From: Turneriella sp.
Lineage (GTDB): Bacteria; Spirochaetota; Leptospiria; Turneriellales; Turneriellaceae
Direction of reading: 5' to 3'
Assembly: GCA_965279515.1 (NCBI GenBank)
Contig: CBDIID010000003.1
Location: 3,136,001 to 3,200,000, forward strand
DNA: 64,000 nt
This document shows, in pieces, positions 9,628 through 19,398 of this stretch. A model generated the notes under the pieces. That model had not been told where the DNA came from. It saw only the letters and a list, made by a program, of their open reading frames with translations, and made no database searches. Each line of letters starts with the position of its first letter. Within the stretch, counting starts at the first letter, position 1. The translations under genes were made by a program, and so were the position numbers.

Positions 9628-10920
9628 ATGCCGTCTAAGGCCATGCGCCGTTTTTTGACGGCGCTGCTCATCCCTGTTCAGTTCTTCTTTTGGAATGCGG
9701 ATTCTGCGCTTCAGGCGGCGCCGCTCAAACGCTCCGTGGCTGTGTTAAACTTTCAGAATTCTTCCGGGGCGCGTAGTTTAGAATACCTGAACACTGCCTT
9801 GCCCGAATCGATTAGCGGAGCTTTGGCTTCCGCGCGTGAAATCCGCGTCGTCGAGCGCAATGCACTCAAGAAGGTGCTCAGTGAAATTGAACTCGGTCAA
9901 ACCGGGGTGATCGATACGGCGCAGGTTGCCGAAGCGGGCAAGCTCGCGCATGCGGAGATACTGCTTTTAGGTAGTTTCTCCGGGGATCCGGAAAAAATCA
10001 CTGTTATACTCAAGGCAGTCGATGTGAAAACCGGGGTGGTCTTAGAAGGCCGCACCGTAACTGCACCGCTCGCAGATGTATTCGAGCAGTCGAGTCAGGC
10101 GGCACTACAGATCGCTGCGGCAGTTTCCGGGGGGCAGTCCGGTTTTTTGACACTGACGAGTAATCCCGATGAAGCTGAAGTACGCATCGACGGCGTCATG
10201 GTTGGCAAAACGCCGCTCGTCGAATATAAGCTCTCTGCCGGCAAACACAACATATTTCTGCGAAAGCTGGGCCATAAAGAAGAGGAGCATACAGTTACCA
10301 TACAGGCAGGCGCCATAGAGAAAATTAATGAAACGTTGCTGCCAGCGCGTAAGGCCGTCTATATTTTGCTCGGCTTCGGTTATCAGCGCCTGCTGCCGCC
10401 ATCGGGGCCAGCCCAACAGGGAAATTTATTTTCCGCGCAAATCGGGTTTATCATCGGCAAATGGGCGTTTGATTTAACCTACGCGCTCAATCCGTCATGG
10501 GACCATTCATACAACTATGCGACGCCCTTTGGTTCGCTGAATGATTCGCGCAGCTTTACGTTTAATGCCTATCTGCTGGGTGTAACATTCTCGCCTTTTG
10601 ACTTCCGGTACATCTCACCTTATGTCGGTGTGTTCGGCGGATTTACCCGTATCTCAGACTATGAACTGACGGGTGCCGATAAAACCTCGTCGCGGATCGC
10701 CAGCTTTGACCTCTTTCAGTTGGGAACCAAATTCGGTGTAGAAATTATGCCGCGCCAGCTGTTCAGTCTTTTTATCGAGGGCCGTTACCAGTATTTTCCC
10801 GCATCGGTCAGCCGGCCGACGAAGGTAAGCCAGGGAGTATTGGGCGGGCCGACGCAGATTGCAGGTGAAACCAATCTCAGTAGCCTTTCCATCGGCGGGG
10901 GAGTGCGCCTGCATTTCTGA
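9628..10920 (+). CDS. CsgG-like + PEGA domain + C-terminal beta-barrel protein
   Basis: VAVLNFQN..VVER..EIELGQTG; PEGA motif SNPDEAEVRIDGVMVGKTPL; ends GGGVRLHF; start uncertain (9604-9643). Confidence 0.85.
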   Translation: MPSKAMRRFLTALLIPVQFFFWNADSALQAAPLKRSVAVLNFQNSSGARSLEYLNTALPESISGALASAREIRVVERNALKKVLSEIELGQTGVIDTAQVAEAGKLAHAEILLLGSFSGDPEKITVILKAVDVKTGVVLEGRTVTAPLADVFEQSSQAALQIAAAVSGGQSGFLTLTSNPDEAEVRIDGVMVGKTPLVEYKLSAGKHNIFLRKLGHKEEEHTVTIQAGAIEKINETLLPARKAVYILLGFGYQRLLPPSGPAQQGNLFSAQIGFIIGKWAFDLTYALNPSWDHSYNYATPFGSLNDSRSFTFNAYLLGVTFSPFDFRYISPYVGVFGGFTRISDYELTGADKTSSRIASFDLFQLGTKFGVEIMPRQLFSLFIEGRYQYFPASVSRPTKVSQGVLGGPTQIAGETNLSSLSIGGGVRLHF

Positions 10921-10938
10921 GATGCGGCGGGGGGAGTT

Positions 10939-11406
10939 ATGAGAAAAACAGTTATCTTTGTTCTGACGGCTATCGCTTCACATTGCGCAACCGGATGCGT
11001 TAAGAATACCGAAGAGCCTGGTACTCCGATCTTCGAGGGCACAACCGAGATAACGCTCACCTCACCGAGCTCAGCAACGAGTCTCGGTAGCGGGAATTTT
11101 ATGTATTCGGTTCCTTCGGAGGTCAAGTATATCGTTTTTGGGCTTTTCAATAACCAGGTCGCAACCTCGGGTAAAACCATCACGAATCCCTCTGTGTTCA
11201 TGTACGGCAGTCGCGATGGGCTTTCAGACTTTGCCAGGGGTCAGCAAACAAAAACAACTTTGCATAATTATAACCAGTCAACCAGGGATTTTGATTCGGC
11301 AGCCGTTACACCCCCCAATGCTTCGTATTACTGGGCGGTCTGGGGCTATGATCAATACGGGAATGTTACACATTCTTCACGTCAGCGCCAGGTTACTCTC
11401 CCGTAA
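10939..11406 (+). CDS. Hypothetical lipoprotein
   Basis: ATGC lipobox, GGGAG RBS, YYWAVWGYD motif. Confidence 0.75.
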   Translation: MRKTVIFVLTAIASHCATGCVKNTEEPGTPIFEGTTEITLTSPSSATSLGSGNFMYSVPSEVKYIVFGLFNNQVATSGKTITNPSVFMYGSRDGLSDFARGQQTKTTLHNYNQSTRDFDSAAVTPPNASYYWAVWGYDQYGNVTHSSRQRQVTLP

Positions 11407-11458
11407 ATATCATCATCGCTAAAGGCTGACAACCTGTCTTAAAAGCGCGGTATGGCGT

Positions 11459-14400
11459 GTGCCGCGTCGTACCGACATCAAGAAAGTGATGATCATCGGT
11501 TCGGGGCCGATTGTCATCGGCCAGGCCTGCGAATTTGATTATTCAGGCACGCAGGCCGTCAAAGCCCTCAAAAAAGAGGGATATCAGGTTATCCTGATCA
11601 ACTCAAACCCCGCTACGATCATGACCGATCCCGAGCTGGCCGATCGTGTCTATGTCGAGCCTATTACCCTGCCTTATCTGACAAAAATTATCGAGGTCGA
11701 ACGCCCCGATGCCCTGCTGCCTACTGTAGGCGGCCAGACTGCGCTCAATGCGGCGCTTTCACTCGTGCACGCGGGCGTGCTCGAAAAATACGGTGTCGAG
11801 CTGATTGGTGCCAACGAAGCCTCGATCAAGAAGGCCGAAGACCGCAAACTTTTTAAAGAAGCGATGGAGAAGATCGGTGCAGCGATGCCCGAATCGGGCA
11901 TCGTGACCAGCATCGACGAAGCCCTGGCTTTGGTCGATCGCATCGGCCTGCCGGCAATTCTGCGCCCTTCGTTTACCCTGGGTGGCAGCGGCGGGGGCAT
12001 CTGTTACAATAAAGAAGAATACATTTCGATGGTCTCAAAGGCGCTCACCGAAAGCCCGACGCACCAGGTGCTCATCGACCAGAGTATTCTCGGCTGGAAA
12101 GAATATGAGCTCGAAGTCATGCGCGACAAGGCCGACAACGTCGTCATCATCTGCAGCATTGAGAATCTCGATCCGATGGGTGTGCATACCGGTGATTCGA
12201 TCACGGTCGCGCCGCAACAGACCTTGTCTGACGTCGAATACCAGAACCTGCGCGACCTCTCGATCAAAATCATCCGCGAGATCGGTGTCGAAACCGGTGG
12301 TTCGAACATACAGTTTGCAGTCAACCCGCGCGACGGCCAGATCATGGTTGTCGAGATGAACCCTCGTGTTTCGCGCTCCTCGGCGCTGGCTTCCAAAGCA
12401 ACGGGATTTCCCATCGCGAAGATTGCGGCGCTGCTTTCGGTCGGTTATACGCTCGACGAAATTGCGAACGATATTACCAAAAAGACGCCGGCATCGTTCG
12501 AGCCGACGATCGACTACATCGTCACAAAAATACCGCGTTTTACTTTTGAAAAATTCCCTGAATCTTCGCGCACGCTCGACACGCAAATGCGCTCGGTGGG
12601 CGAAGCCATGGCGATCGGCCGTACCTTTGCCGAGTCGTTCCAGAAGGCAATGCGTTCCCTTGAAACGGGCCGCTTCGGTTGGGGCGGTGACGGCAACCTC
12701 GACTTCACGCTCGAAATTCTGCGCGTGGGCGACGAAGCAGCACAACGCAAACATATTCTCGAAAAAATCAGCGCACCGACCGACGCGCGCATTTTTTACC
12801 TGCGCGAAGCCCTGGTCCGCGATTTCAGCATCGAAGAAGTTTACCAGCGCAATTCGATCGATCCCTGGTTTTTAACGCAGCTGAAGCGCATTCTCGACAT
12901 AGAGGCGCGTGTGATCACCGCGTACCGCAAAGCCGCGAAGCTACCAGCAGAACTCTTGCGCGAAGCGAAACAAGCCGGTTTCCACGACCGGCAGCTGGCA
13001 TATGCGAAATGTTTCGACGCGGTGCAGATACTTGCGAAAGAACTTTCACGCCTCGAGCAGGGCTCATCCGCCTTTATGGGTAAGATGCATGAGCTGAACC
13101 AGATGCTTGCGCGCACCGAGGCCGAAATTACCACGGCTCGCCTTGCCGCGGGTGAAAAGCCCGTCTACAAACGCGTCGATACCTGCGCGGCTGAATTTGA
13201 ATCCTTCACACCCTACATGTATTCGACCTATGAAACCGAAAACGAGTCGGCTGTATCAGACAAACAAAAGGTCTTGATTTTAGGCGGCGGTCCTAACCGT
13301 ATCGGCCAGGGTATTGAGTTCGACTATTGCTGCTGCCACGCGAGTTTTGCGCTGCAAGAGATCGGTATCGAGAGCATCATGGTGAACTCGAATCCCGAAA
13401 CAGTTTCGACCGACTACGATACCTCGGATCGCCTGTACTTTGAACCGCTGACGGTCGAAGATGTCATGCACATCTACCGCGAAGAGCAGGCGCGCGGCGA
13501 GGTAAAGGGTGTCATTTTACAATTCGGCGGGCAGACGCCGCTGAAACTCGCGAAAGCCTTGAGCAGCCAGGGTGTTCCGATTCTGGGTACCAGCTTCGAG
13601 AATATCGAACGCGCAGAAGACCGTAAGCTCTTCAACGAACTGATCGAGAAACTAAAACTCAAGCAGCCGCGCGGACGCATGGCGGCTTCGGCCGAAGAGG
13701 CGCTGGCGGCGGCCGAGCAGATTGGTTATCCGGTGCTGGCGCGCCCGTCCTTCGTTTTGGGTGGCCGCGCGATGATGATCGTGCACAACGAAGCACAACT
13801 CAGAACCTATATGGCGACCAGCGTCGAGGTCAGCCACGAACGCCCGGTGCTCATCGACGAGTTCTTGTCGGGGGCGCTCGAGGTCGACGTCGACGCGCTT
13901 TCTGACGGTAAAGATGTCTTTATCGCCGGTATTCTCGAACACGTCGAAGAGGCGGGCGTGCATTCAGGCGACTCGGCCTGTATTCTGCCGACGAAAAATA
14001 TTCCCGAAAATGTTCTGACCGAGCTGCGCCGCATCACACGCGAGATTGCGCTCGAACTTAAGGTCATCGGCTGTATCAATATCCAGTTTGCCATCGTCGA
14101 CGGTGTCGCCTATATTCTCGAAGTGAATCCCCGTGCGTCGCGCACCGTGCCGTTTATCTCAAAGGCCATCCGCACGCCGCTCGCGAAGATTGCAACCAAG
14201 CTGATGCTGGGGCACTCGCTGGTATCGCTCGGGCTCACAAAAGAAATTTTGCCAAAGCTCTATCACGTTAAAGAAGTAGTGCTGCCGTTTAAAAAGTTCT
14301 CCGGTGCCGACACGATTTTAGGTCCCGAAATGAAATCTACCGGCGAAGTCATGGGCATCGGCAAGACTGTACCCGAGGCCTTCTATAAGGCGCAGATCGC

Positions 14401-14803
14401 TGCCGGCCATAAACTTCCCGATAAGGGAACGATCTTCATTTCGGTGAACGATCCCTCAAAGGCACCGCTCATACCCGCGCTGAAGGCAGCCGAAGCCGCT
14501 GGCTTCAAAATTCTCGCAACCGAAGGTACGGCGGCGGGGCTCACCCAGGCGGGCGTCAAGACCGAGCGTGTGAACAAAGTACACGAAGGCCGGCCGCATG
14601 TCGTCGACAGTGTCAAATCGGGGGATGTCCAGCTGATCATCAATATTCCCACCGACGTCAAGACACGCAACGACGCTTTGGAAATCCGTCTTGCGGCACT
14701 GCAATATTCAATACCCTATTATACGACAGTCGAAGCCGCGCGCGAGGCGATCACAGGTATTGTGGAAATGCGGGGTAAGCCTGAAGAAATTTACGTTCTT
14801 TAA
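11459..14803 (+). CDS. carB: Carbamoyl-phosphate synthase large subunit
   Basis: [26 protein letters not shown], two ATP-grasp modules, MGS domain. Confidence 0.99.
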   Translation: MPRRTDIKKVMIIGSGPIVIGQACEFDYSGTQAVKALKKEGYQVILINSNPATIMTDPELADRVYVEPITLPYLTKIIEVERPDALLPTVGGQTALNAALSLVHAGVLEKYGVELIGANEASIKKAEDRKLFKEAMEKIGAAMPESGIVTSIDEALALVDRIGLPAILRPSFTLGGSGGGICYNKEEYISMVSKALTESPTHQVLIDQSILGWKEYELEVMRDKADNVVIICSIENLDPMGVHTGDSITVAPQQTLSDVEYQNLRDLSIKIIREIGVETGGSNIQFAVNPRDGQIMVVEMNPRVSRSSALASKATGFPIAKIAALLSVGYTLDEIANDITKKTPASFEPTIDYIVTKIPRFTFEKFPESSRTLDTQMRSVGEAMAIGRTFAESFQKAMRSLETGRFGWGGDGNLDFTLEILRVGDEAAQRKHILEKISAPTDARIFYLREALVRDFSIEEVYQRNSIDPWFLTQLKRILDIEARVITAYRKAAKLPAELLREAKQAGFHDRQLAYAKCFDAVQILAKELSRLEQGSSAFMGKMHELNQMLARTEAEITTARLAAGEKPVYKRVDTCAAEFESFTPYMYSTYETENESAVSDKQKVLILGGGPNRIGQGIEFDYCCCHASFALQEIGIESIMVNSNPETVSTDYDTSDRLYFEPLTVEDVMHIYREEQARGEVKGVILQFGGQTPLKLAKALSSQGVPILGTSFENIERAEDRKLFNELIEKLKLKQPRGRMAASAEEALAAAEQIGYPVLARPSFVLGGRAMMIVHNEAQLRTYMATSVEVSHERPVLIDEFLSGALEVDVDALSDGKDVFIAGILEHVEEAGVHSGDSACILPTKNIPENVLTELRRITREIALELKVIGCINIQFAIVDGVAYILEVNPRASRTVPFISKAIRTPLAKIATKLMLGHSLVSLGLTKEILPKLYHVKEVVLPFKKFSGADTILGPEMKSTGEVMGIGKTVPEAFYKAQIAAGHKLPDKGTIFISVNDPSKAPLIPALKAAEAAGFKILATEGTAAGLTQAGVKTERVNKVHEGRPHVVDSVKSGDVQLIINIPTDVKTRNDALEIRLAALQYSIPYYTTVEAAREAITGIVEMRGKPEEIYVL

Positions 14804-14887
14804 CCTCACCCCCTAACCCCCTCTCCTTATAGGAGAGGGGGAATTGCAAACTCCCTCCCCTATAAGGGGAGGGTTGGGGTGGGGTTA
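14801..14887. repeat. REP-like doublet (two inverted GC-rich hairpin units) between convergent carB and cheA
   Basis: TAACCTCACCCCCTAACCCCCTCTCC-TTATA-GGAGAGGGGG ... CCCTCCCC-TATAA-GGGGAGGGTTGGGGTGGGGTTA. Confidence 0.85.
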
Positions 14888-17485
14888 TCCGTTCAGGTAA
14901 ATCACCAGCTCGACTTCGATATCTTCATCTTTAATGTGAAACTGGTTTTCCACGACGAGAATCTCGCCGTGCTCCGTGGCGAGTCGCTGATCGACCAGGG
15001 TTCGTATTTCATCGGCGCTTTGCAGTAGGGTCGGCGTCGCCGGTTCGACGCTTTTTTCCGTGAGAAAGGTCAGGGTATTTGTATATGCACTGCCAAGGAT
15101 GTTGGTGATTTCAAGCAGCGGGCTTGCATCAAATTCGCCTTCGTGCTGTATGCCCGCGGCGTCAAACAAGAGTTTTGACATACGGCCTGCGCCAGGCTTT
15201 GTGAGAATGAGATCGATCGCTCCCGCGGCCGGTAACATCGGCAGGTGGAACAGGTAAATGTCATCGGCGCGTTCCATGATTTTCTCATAGAAGCTGCCAG
15301 AATTTGCCGCTTTGACGCGCGAACCTTTGCTTTTTTTAACGGCGATGCTGGTGTTGCCGGTGAGCATCTGTATGCCTTTGACAGCTGCCTTATTGCTCTG
15401 CGAAATCCATTTACGGATCAGCTCTTTATTGTTCGTGTCGAAAAGCTTTTCGATCGGTACTGCCGCACTGCTGGGCACCATCCCTTCGGGGATGGAATCT
15501 TCATTTGGTTTTTTTGCCGCTGCCATACTATCACTCCACAGAACGCGCTCCCGCTGACGGTTTAGATCGATGATCTCCGCAAGGTCAAGGATGAATACGA
15601 TTTCATTGTCACCGAGCATCGACGCACCGGCAAGCCCCGGTACAGGACGGTAATTTTCATTGAGGGATTTCACGACGAGGTCCTGTTTCTTGAGAAATTC
15701 GTCGATGCCGAGGGCAACCTTCTGCCCATGCAGATCAGCGACGATCGCAAAATGATGGTTTTCCGTGCTTTCTTCGATCGGCGGGTAACCCAGCACGCGG
15801 TCGAGCCGCAGGTAAGGCAGCATCATATTGCGTGAATGCAGAATATCCCTGCCGTCGATGCCGACGATGCTGCCGGCCGGCACCTTGAGGCTTTCTTCGA
15901 TGACCGAGAGTGGCAGCGCAAACACGTCGTTGCGCACTTTGAATGTCAGCGTCGTGAGGATAGCCAGCGTCAGCGGCAGTTTAACTACCATGCGCGTGCC
16001 TTTACCCTCGACCGAGGTGATCGTCAGATCGCCGGACAGGCGTTCTATCGATTCGCGTACGATGTCCATGCCGAAACCGCGGCCCGATACGTCGTCGGCG
16101 GTCTCTTTGGTGGAAAAGCCCGGCATAAAAATAAAATCGCGGATATCTTCCGGGGTTAGCAGTGCGGCCTTTTCGGCAGTGACGAGATTTTTTTCGAGCG
16201 CACGTTTGAGGATTTTTTCGAGGTTCATACCGCGACCGTCATCTTCGACCGTCACAAGTATACTACTGCCAGCCTGCGCGGCGCTGATTTTGAGCGTGCC
16301 TTCGCCGGTTTTGCCGGATGCGATGCGCTCGGCGGCAGGTTCGATACCGTGGTCCAGGGCGTTGCGTATAAGATGCGTCAGCGGCTTGACGATTTCGTCG
16401 ATCACGCGCTTGTCGAGCTCAGTCTTCTCGCCGCTGATCTCGAGCCGGATAGCCTTACCGGCGCTTTCGGCGTAATCGCGCACAAAGCGCTTGAAACGGG
16501 AAAATACATGTTCGATCGGCAACATGCGCGCGTGCATGACGATGTTCTGTATCTCAGCGGCGATGCGGAAAATTTCGCGGTTTTTCTCCGTAAGCCGCAG
16601 CGCCTGGTTTTCAGCGCCCTTGGTGACCGTGAGCTCGTCGGCGATATTGGTGAGCCCACCGTTCGCCAGCACCAGTTCGCCCGTCAGGTTAAGCAGGCGA
16701 TCGAGAACCTGAACGGAAAGGCGGATAGTATCGCCGCCGCTACCCTGCACGTCGGCGACGGTTTCAATTCTTTCACGCGCCGGTGCCGCTTCCGCAAAAC
16801 CTGTGCGGGCGATTTCGGCGACAGAGATATTTTCGATAAGATCGACGTTGAGGTTATCGCGGATATCGGCAATACTCGCAGGGGTCTCCACGATGAAAGA
16901 CAGCTGCCGGTCAGAGGCGAGAAAATCCGGGCTTTCGAGTTTTTCATCTGTGGGCTCTTTGGAGATTATCGTGCCGAGTTCGGCGAGTTTAGTCTCGACC
17001 AGAAAGGCCCGTACCGCGGGGGCCAGCTCCGCGCGCGCGACATGCAGCCGCACTTCGACCCGGCGCGGAGCATTATCTGCGGGTAATCCCCCTGTGCCCG
17101 CGCCTTCGAGTAGCAGCACCTGCAAACGGTCGGTGGTGGGGAGAATCGCAATTTCGGCCGGATTATTGCCGCTGCGCAGCGCCTCGCCAATTTCTGCCAT
17201 CGCGGCGCGGCAGTCGTTAAACAGGCGGAGCGCGTCGCGGCCGACGGCAAGTTTGCCGGTAAGCGATTCCTGCAGCGTCGTCTCGAGCGCATGGCCGAGC
17301 GCGACGAGGTTCGTCAAATTCATCATCGCCGCATTGCCCTTGATGGTATGCGCGGCGCGGAAAATATCCTCGAGAAAATTCGTATTGCCGGGTTCGCTCT
17401 CGAGGCGTACCAGGGCCCCCTCAATCGCGTTCAGGTTTTCGGATAAATCTTCTAGGAATGCGGAAGCCTCTGACCCGTTGGCCAT
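14885..17485 (-). CDS. cheA: Chemotaxis histidine kinase CheA with C-terminal CheC-like domain
   Basis: Hpt FRAAHTIKG, HLIRNALDHGIE, SGRGFGMD, CheW domain, extra C-terminal LLEITNILGSAY domain. Confidence 0.92.
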   Translation of the reverse strand: MANGSEASAFLEDLSENLNAIEGALVRLESEPGNTNFLEDIFRAAHTIKGNAAMMNLTNLVALGHALETTLQESLTGKLAVGRDALRLFNDCRAAMAEIGEALRSGNNPAEIAILPTTDRLQVLLLEGAGTGGLPADNAPRRVEVRLHVARAELAPAVRAFLVETKLAELGTIISKEPTDEKLESPDFLASDRQLSFIVETPASIADIRDNLNVDLIENISVAEIARTGFAEAAPARERIETVADVQGSGGDTIRLSVQVLDRLLNLTGELVLANGGLTNIADELTVTKGAENQALRLTEKNREIFRIAAEIQNIVMHARMLPIEHVFSRFKRFVRDYAESAGKAIRLEISGEKTELDKRVIDEIVKPLTHLIRNALDHGIEPAAERIASGKTGEGTLKISAAQAGSSILVTVEDDGRGMNLEKILKRALEKNLVTAEKAALLTPEDIRDFIFMPGFSTKETADDVSGRGFGMDIVRESIERLSGDLTITSVEGKGTRMVVKLPLTLAILTTLTFKVRNDVFALPLSVIEESLKVPAGSIVGIDGRDILHSRNMMLPYLRLDRVLGYPPIEESTENHHFAIVADLHGQKVALGIDEFLKKQDLVVKSLNENYRPVPGLAGASMLGDNEIVFILDLAEIIDLNRQRERVLWSDSMAAAKKPNEDSIPEGMVPSSAAVPIEKLFDTNNKELIRKWISQSNKAAVKGIQMLTGNTSIAVKKSKGSRVKAANSGSFYEKIMERADDIYLFHLPMLPAAGAIDLILTKPGAGRMSKLLFDAAGIQHEGEFDASPLLEITNILGSAYTNTLTFLTEKSVEPATPTLLQSADEIRTLVDQRLATEHGEILVVENQFHIKDEDIEVELVIYLNG

Positions 17486-17563
17486 GGGTTATTTTCGGCT
17501 TTTCGCGGGGGGGTGGAGAGAAATATTTATGTAAACGTTCGGCCATCCGGTCGATAACAGAGT

Positions 17564-18535
17564 ATGGCGGTTCAGAGCATTCAGACCCTTCGTGGCGATA
17601 AGATTTCTATCAGGAGCTTCACCTTCAGCTTTGCGCTGGGGGTTTTCCTGCTCGTGGAACTGGTACTGCTCTCGAGCCTCACCGCTTTCAGCTTTATTTC
17701 CCTGAAAGAAACCGCGCGCCAGCTCGAGATGGGTTACAGCGAGCGCGGGCGCGAAATTGCCCTCTCGCTTGCAGCGAGCACCATCGCCACCGACGTCAAA
17801 TCCCAGGCTAAGCTATCTGCACTGTTCGCCGGCATCGTGAACAAGAACCAGTATCTCGAGGGGGAGCGCCCCATTACCGAAGTTTTTGTGCTCCGGAAAG
17901 ACGGCCGGGTACTCGCACACAGCGACTATTCGCTCGTGACGACGCGCACGCGCGAGGCGGCGAATGAGGTCTCGGCGAAGTACAACAACGAATTCTACCA
18001 TTCCTCGCTCTTTTACGAAGCTAACAGTGTACAACAGCAGAATCTCGAAAAACCCGAGGGGATCTTCCACGGCAAGAATTCCTTTATTGTCGATTCGCTG
18101 ATGAGCTCCGATGTGCATTATTCGACCGACTTTTCCACGACCCTGAGGGAGACCGATGCGCGCACGAAAAAGGAAAAATCCTACGCCACGCTGCACGTGG
18201 TGATGAACCGCCTGGGCGAATATTATTACCTCTCCGCGATTTTCAACAAATACCTGTTGTTATTCGGTATTGTTTTCCTTGCCGGGTTTCTCGTTACCGG
18301 AATACTGCTTTTCGCCTTTTTCCTGCGCGCGCGCTATATACAGCGCGAATGGAAGGCTGCGCTGACCTATCTCTGGGAAAATGAGGTCATCAAAACCGAG
18401 GTCACACACGGCTTTCAGGCACTGTCAGGCAAATTGAACGACATTGAGAAGCGCGTCAACCAGCCGCCGGCGCTGCCGCAGGGGCGTCCGCAGACTGACA
18501 TTCTCGATGCGATTCTCATTGAACCTGTGAAATGA
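17564..18535 (+). CDS. Hypothetical membrane protein, two TM helices flanking a Cache-like periplasmic region
   Basis: 323-aa ORF; DGRVLAHSD motif between hydrophobic segments. Confidence 0.7.
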   Translation: MAVQSIQTLRGDKISIRSFTFSFALGVFLLVELVLLSSLTAFSFISLKETARQLEMGYSERGREIALSLAASTIATDVKSQAKLSALFAGIVNKNQYLEGERPITEVFVLRKDGRVLAHSDYSLVTTRTREAANEVSAKYNNEFYHSSLFYEANSVQQQNLEKPEGIFHGKNSFIVDSLMSSDVHYSTDFSTTLRETDARTKKEKSYATLHVVMNRLGEYYYLSAIFNKYLLLFGIVFLAGFLVTGILLFAFFLRARYIQREWKAALTYLWENEVIKTEVTHGFQALSGKLNDIEKRVNQPPALPQGRPQTDILDAILIEPVK

Positions 18536-18541
18536 TCGCCC

Positions 18542-19360
18542 ATGCTCGAATTTAATACAGCATTCGAAAAAGACATTCTGGTCATCGAGCTCGAGGGCTC
18601 GCTTGATTCGCATAGCGCCGCCGATTTCCGTGCATGGTTTAATGAAAAGACGCGCGCCGGCTACCGGGCGTTTGCGATCGATTGCCTCTGCCTCGAATAC
18701 ATCTCTTCTGCCGGCATCAGCGCGCTCATCGATCTGCAAAACGCGCTCACGGGACAGAACGGCAAGATGCTGCTGTTCCAGCTTTCGAGTGAGACCCGCC
18801 AGCTGTTAAAATTTCTGCAGCTGGAGAAAAAACTCAATCTCGCGGGCGACTACGACGATGCGATCGCGGCGCTGACAGGTATTAAAAAGGTTATCAAAGA
18901 AGAAGCGCCGCCGATCGTCGAGGCGGGGGAAATCCGCGTTGTGCCAAAAGCACCGGAAAGCGAAGTCACTGCTGTCACAGAAGACGTATCGGCGAAACCA
19001 GCCGAAGATATCATGCATATGGAAGAGCATTTTTCGCCGGAGAAAAAGGGACTGCATCCCTTGCATGAAGATAAGCCCGCAGCGCCAGCCGCACAGGCTG
19101 CGCCGGTTGCCCCGACACCGCCATCGCTTGCTGCTGCACCCGTAGCGTCAGGCGCTCCCGTGGCGACAGAACTTCCGCCACCAGAGCCCCCGGTGATAGA
19201 AGATAAACCATCGCCCGAAGCCCAGGAATTAAAACTGAATGTGGCCGCGAAACGGCTCATCACCTGTCCGAACTGCAAGGCGGTACTGCGCCTTGCAGTG
19301 GCGGGCGAGTATCTCTGCCCGGCATGCCGGTTTCGTTTTACTTATAAAGGTAATGCTTAA
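18542..19360 (+). CDS. STAS protein with Pro/Ala linker and C-terminal zinc ribbon
   Basis: LEGSLDSHSA..YISSAGIS; CPNC..CPAC. Confidence 0.85.
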   Translation: MLEFNTAFEKDILVIELEGSLDSHSAADFRAWFNEKTRAGYRAFAIDCLCLEYISSAGISALIDLQNALTGQNGKMLLFQLSSETRQLLKFLQLEKKLNLAGDYDDAIAALTGIKKVIKEEAPPIVEAGEIRVVPKAPESEVTAVTEDVSAKPAEDIMHMEEHFSPEKKGLHPLHEDKPAAPAAQAAPVAPTPPSLAAAPVASGAPVATELPPPEPPVIEDKPSPEAQELKLNVAAKRLITCPNCKAVLRLAVAGEYLCPACRFRFTYKGNA

Positions 19361-19363
19361 TCT

Positions 19364-19397
19364 TCTTTTGCCCATGAATTAATTCATGGGCAAAAGA
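19364..19397. repeat. Perfect 34-bp palindrome between convergent genes (bidirectional terminator or REP-like)
   Basis: TCTTTTGCCCATGAATT|AATTCATGGGCAAAAGA. Confidence 0.85.
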
Positions 19398-19398
19398 G

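Noticed and set aside
13000..13120. Extra helical segment in CarB relative to E. coli
   Set aside because: No repeat, intein or endonuclease motifs; likely a lineage-specific insertion.
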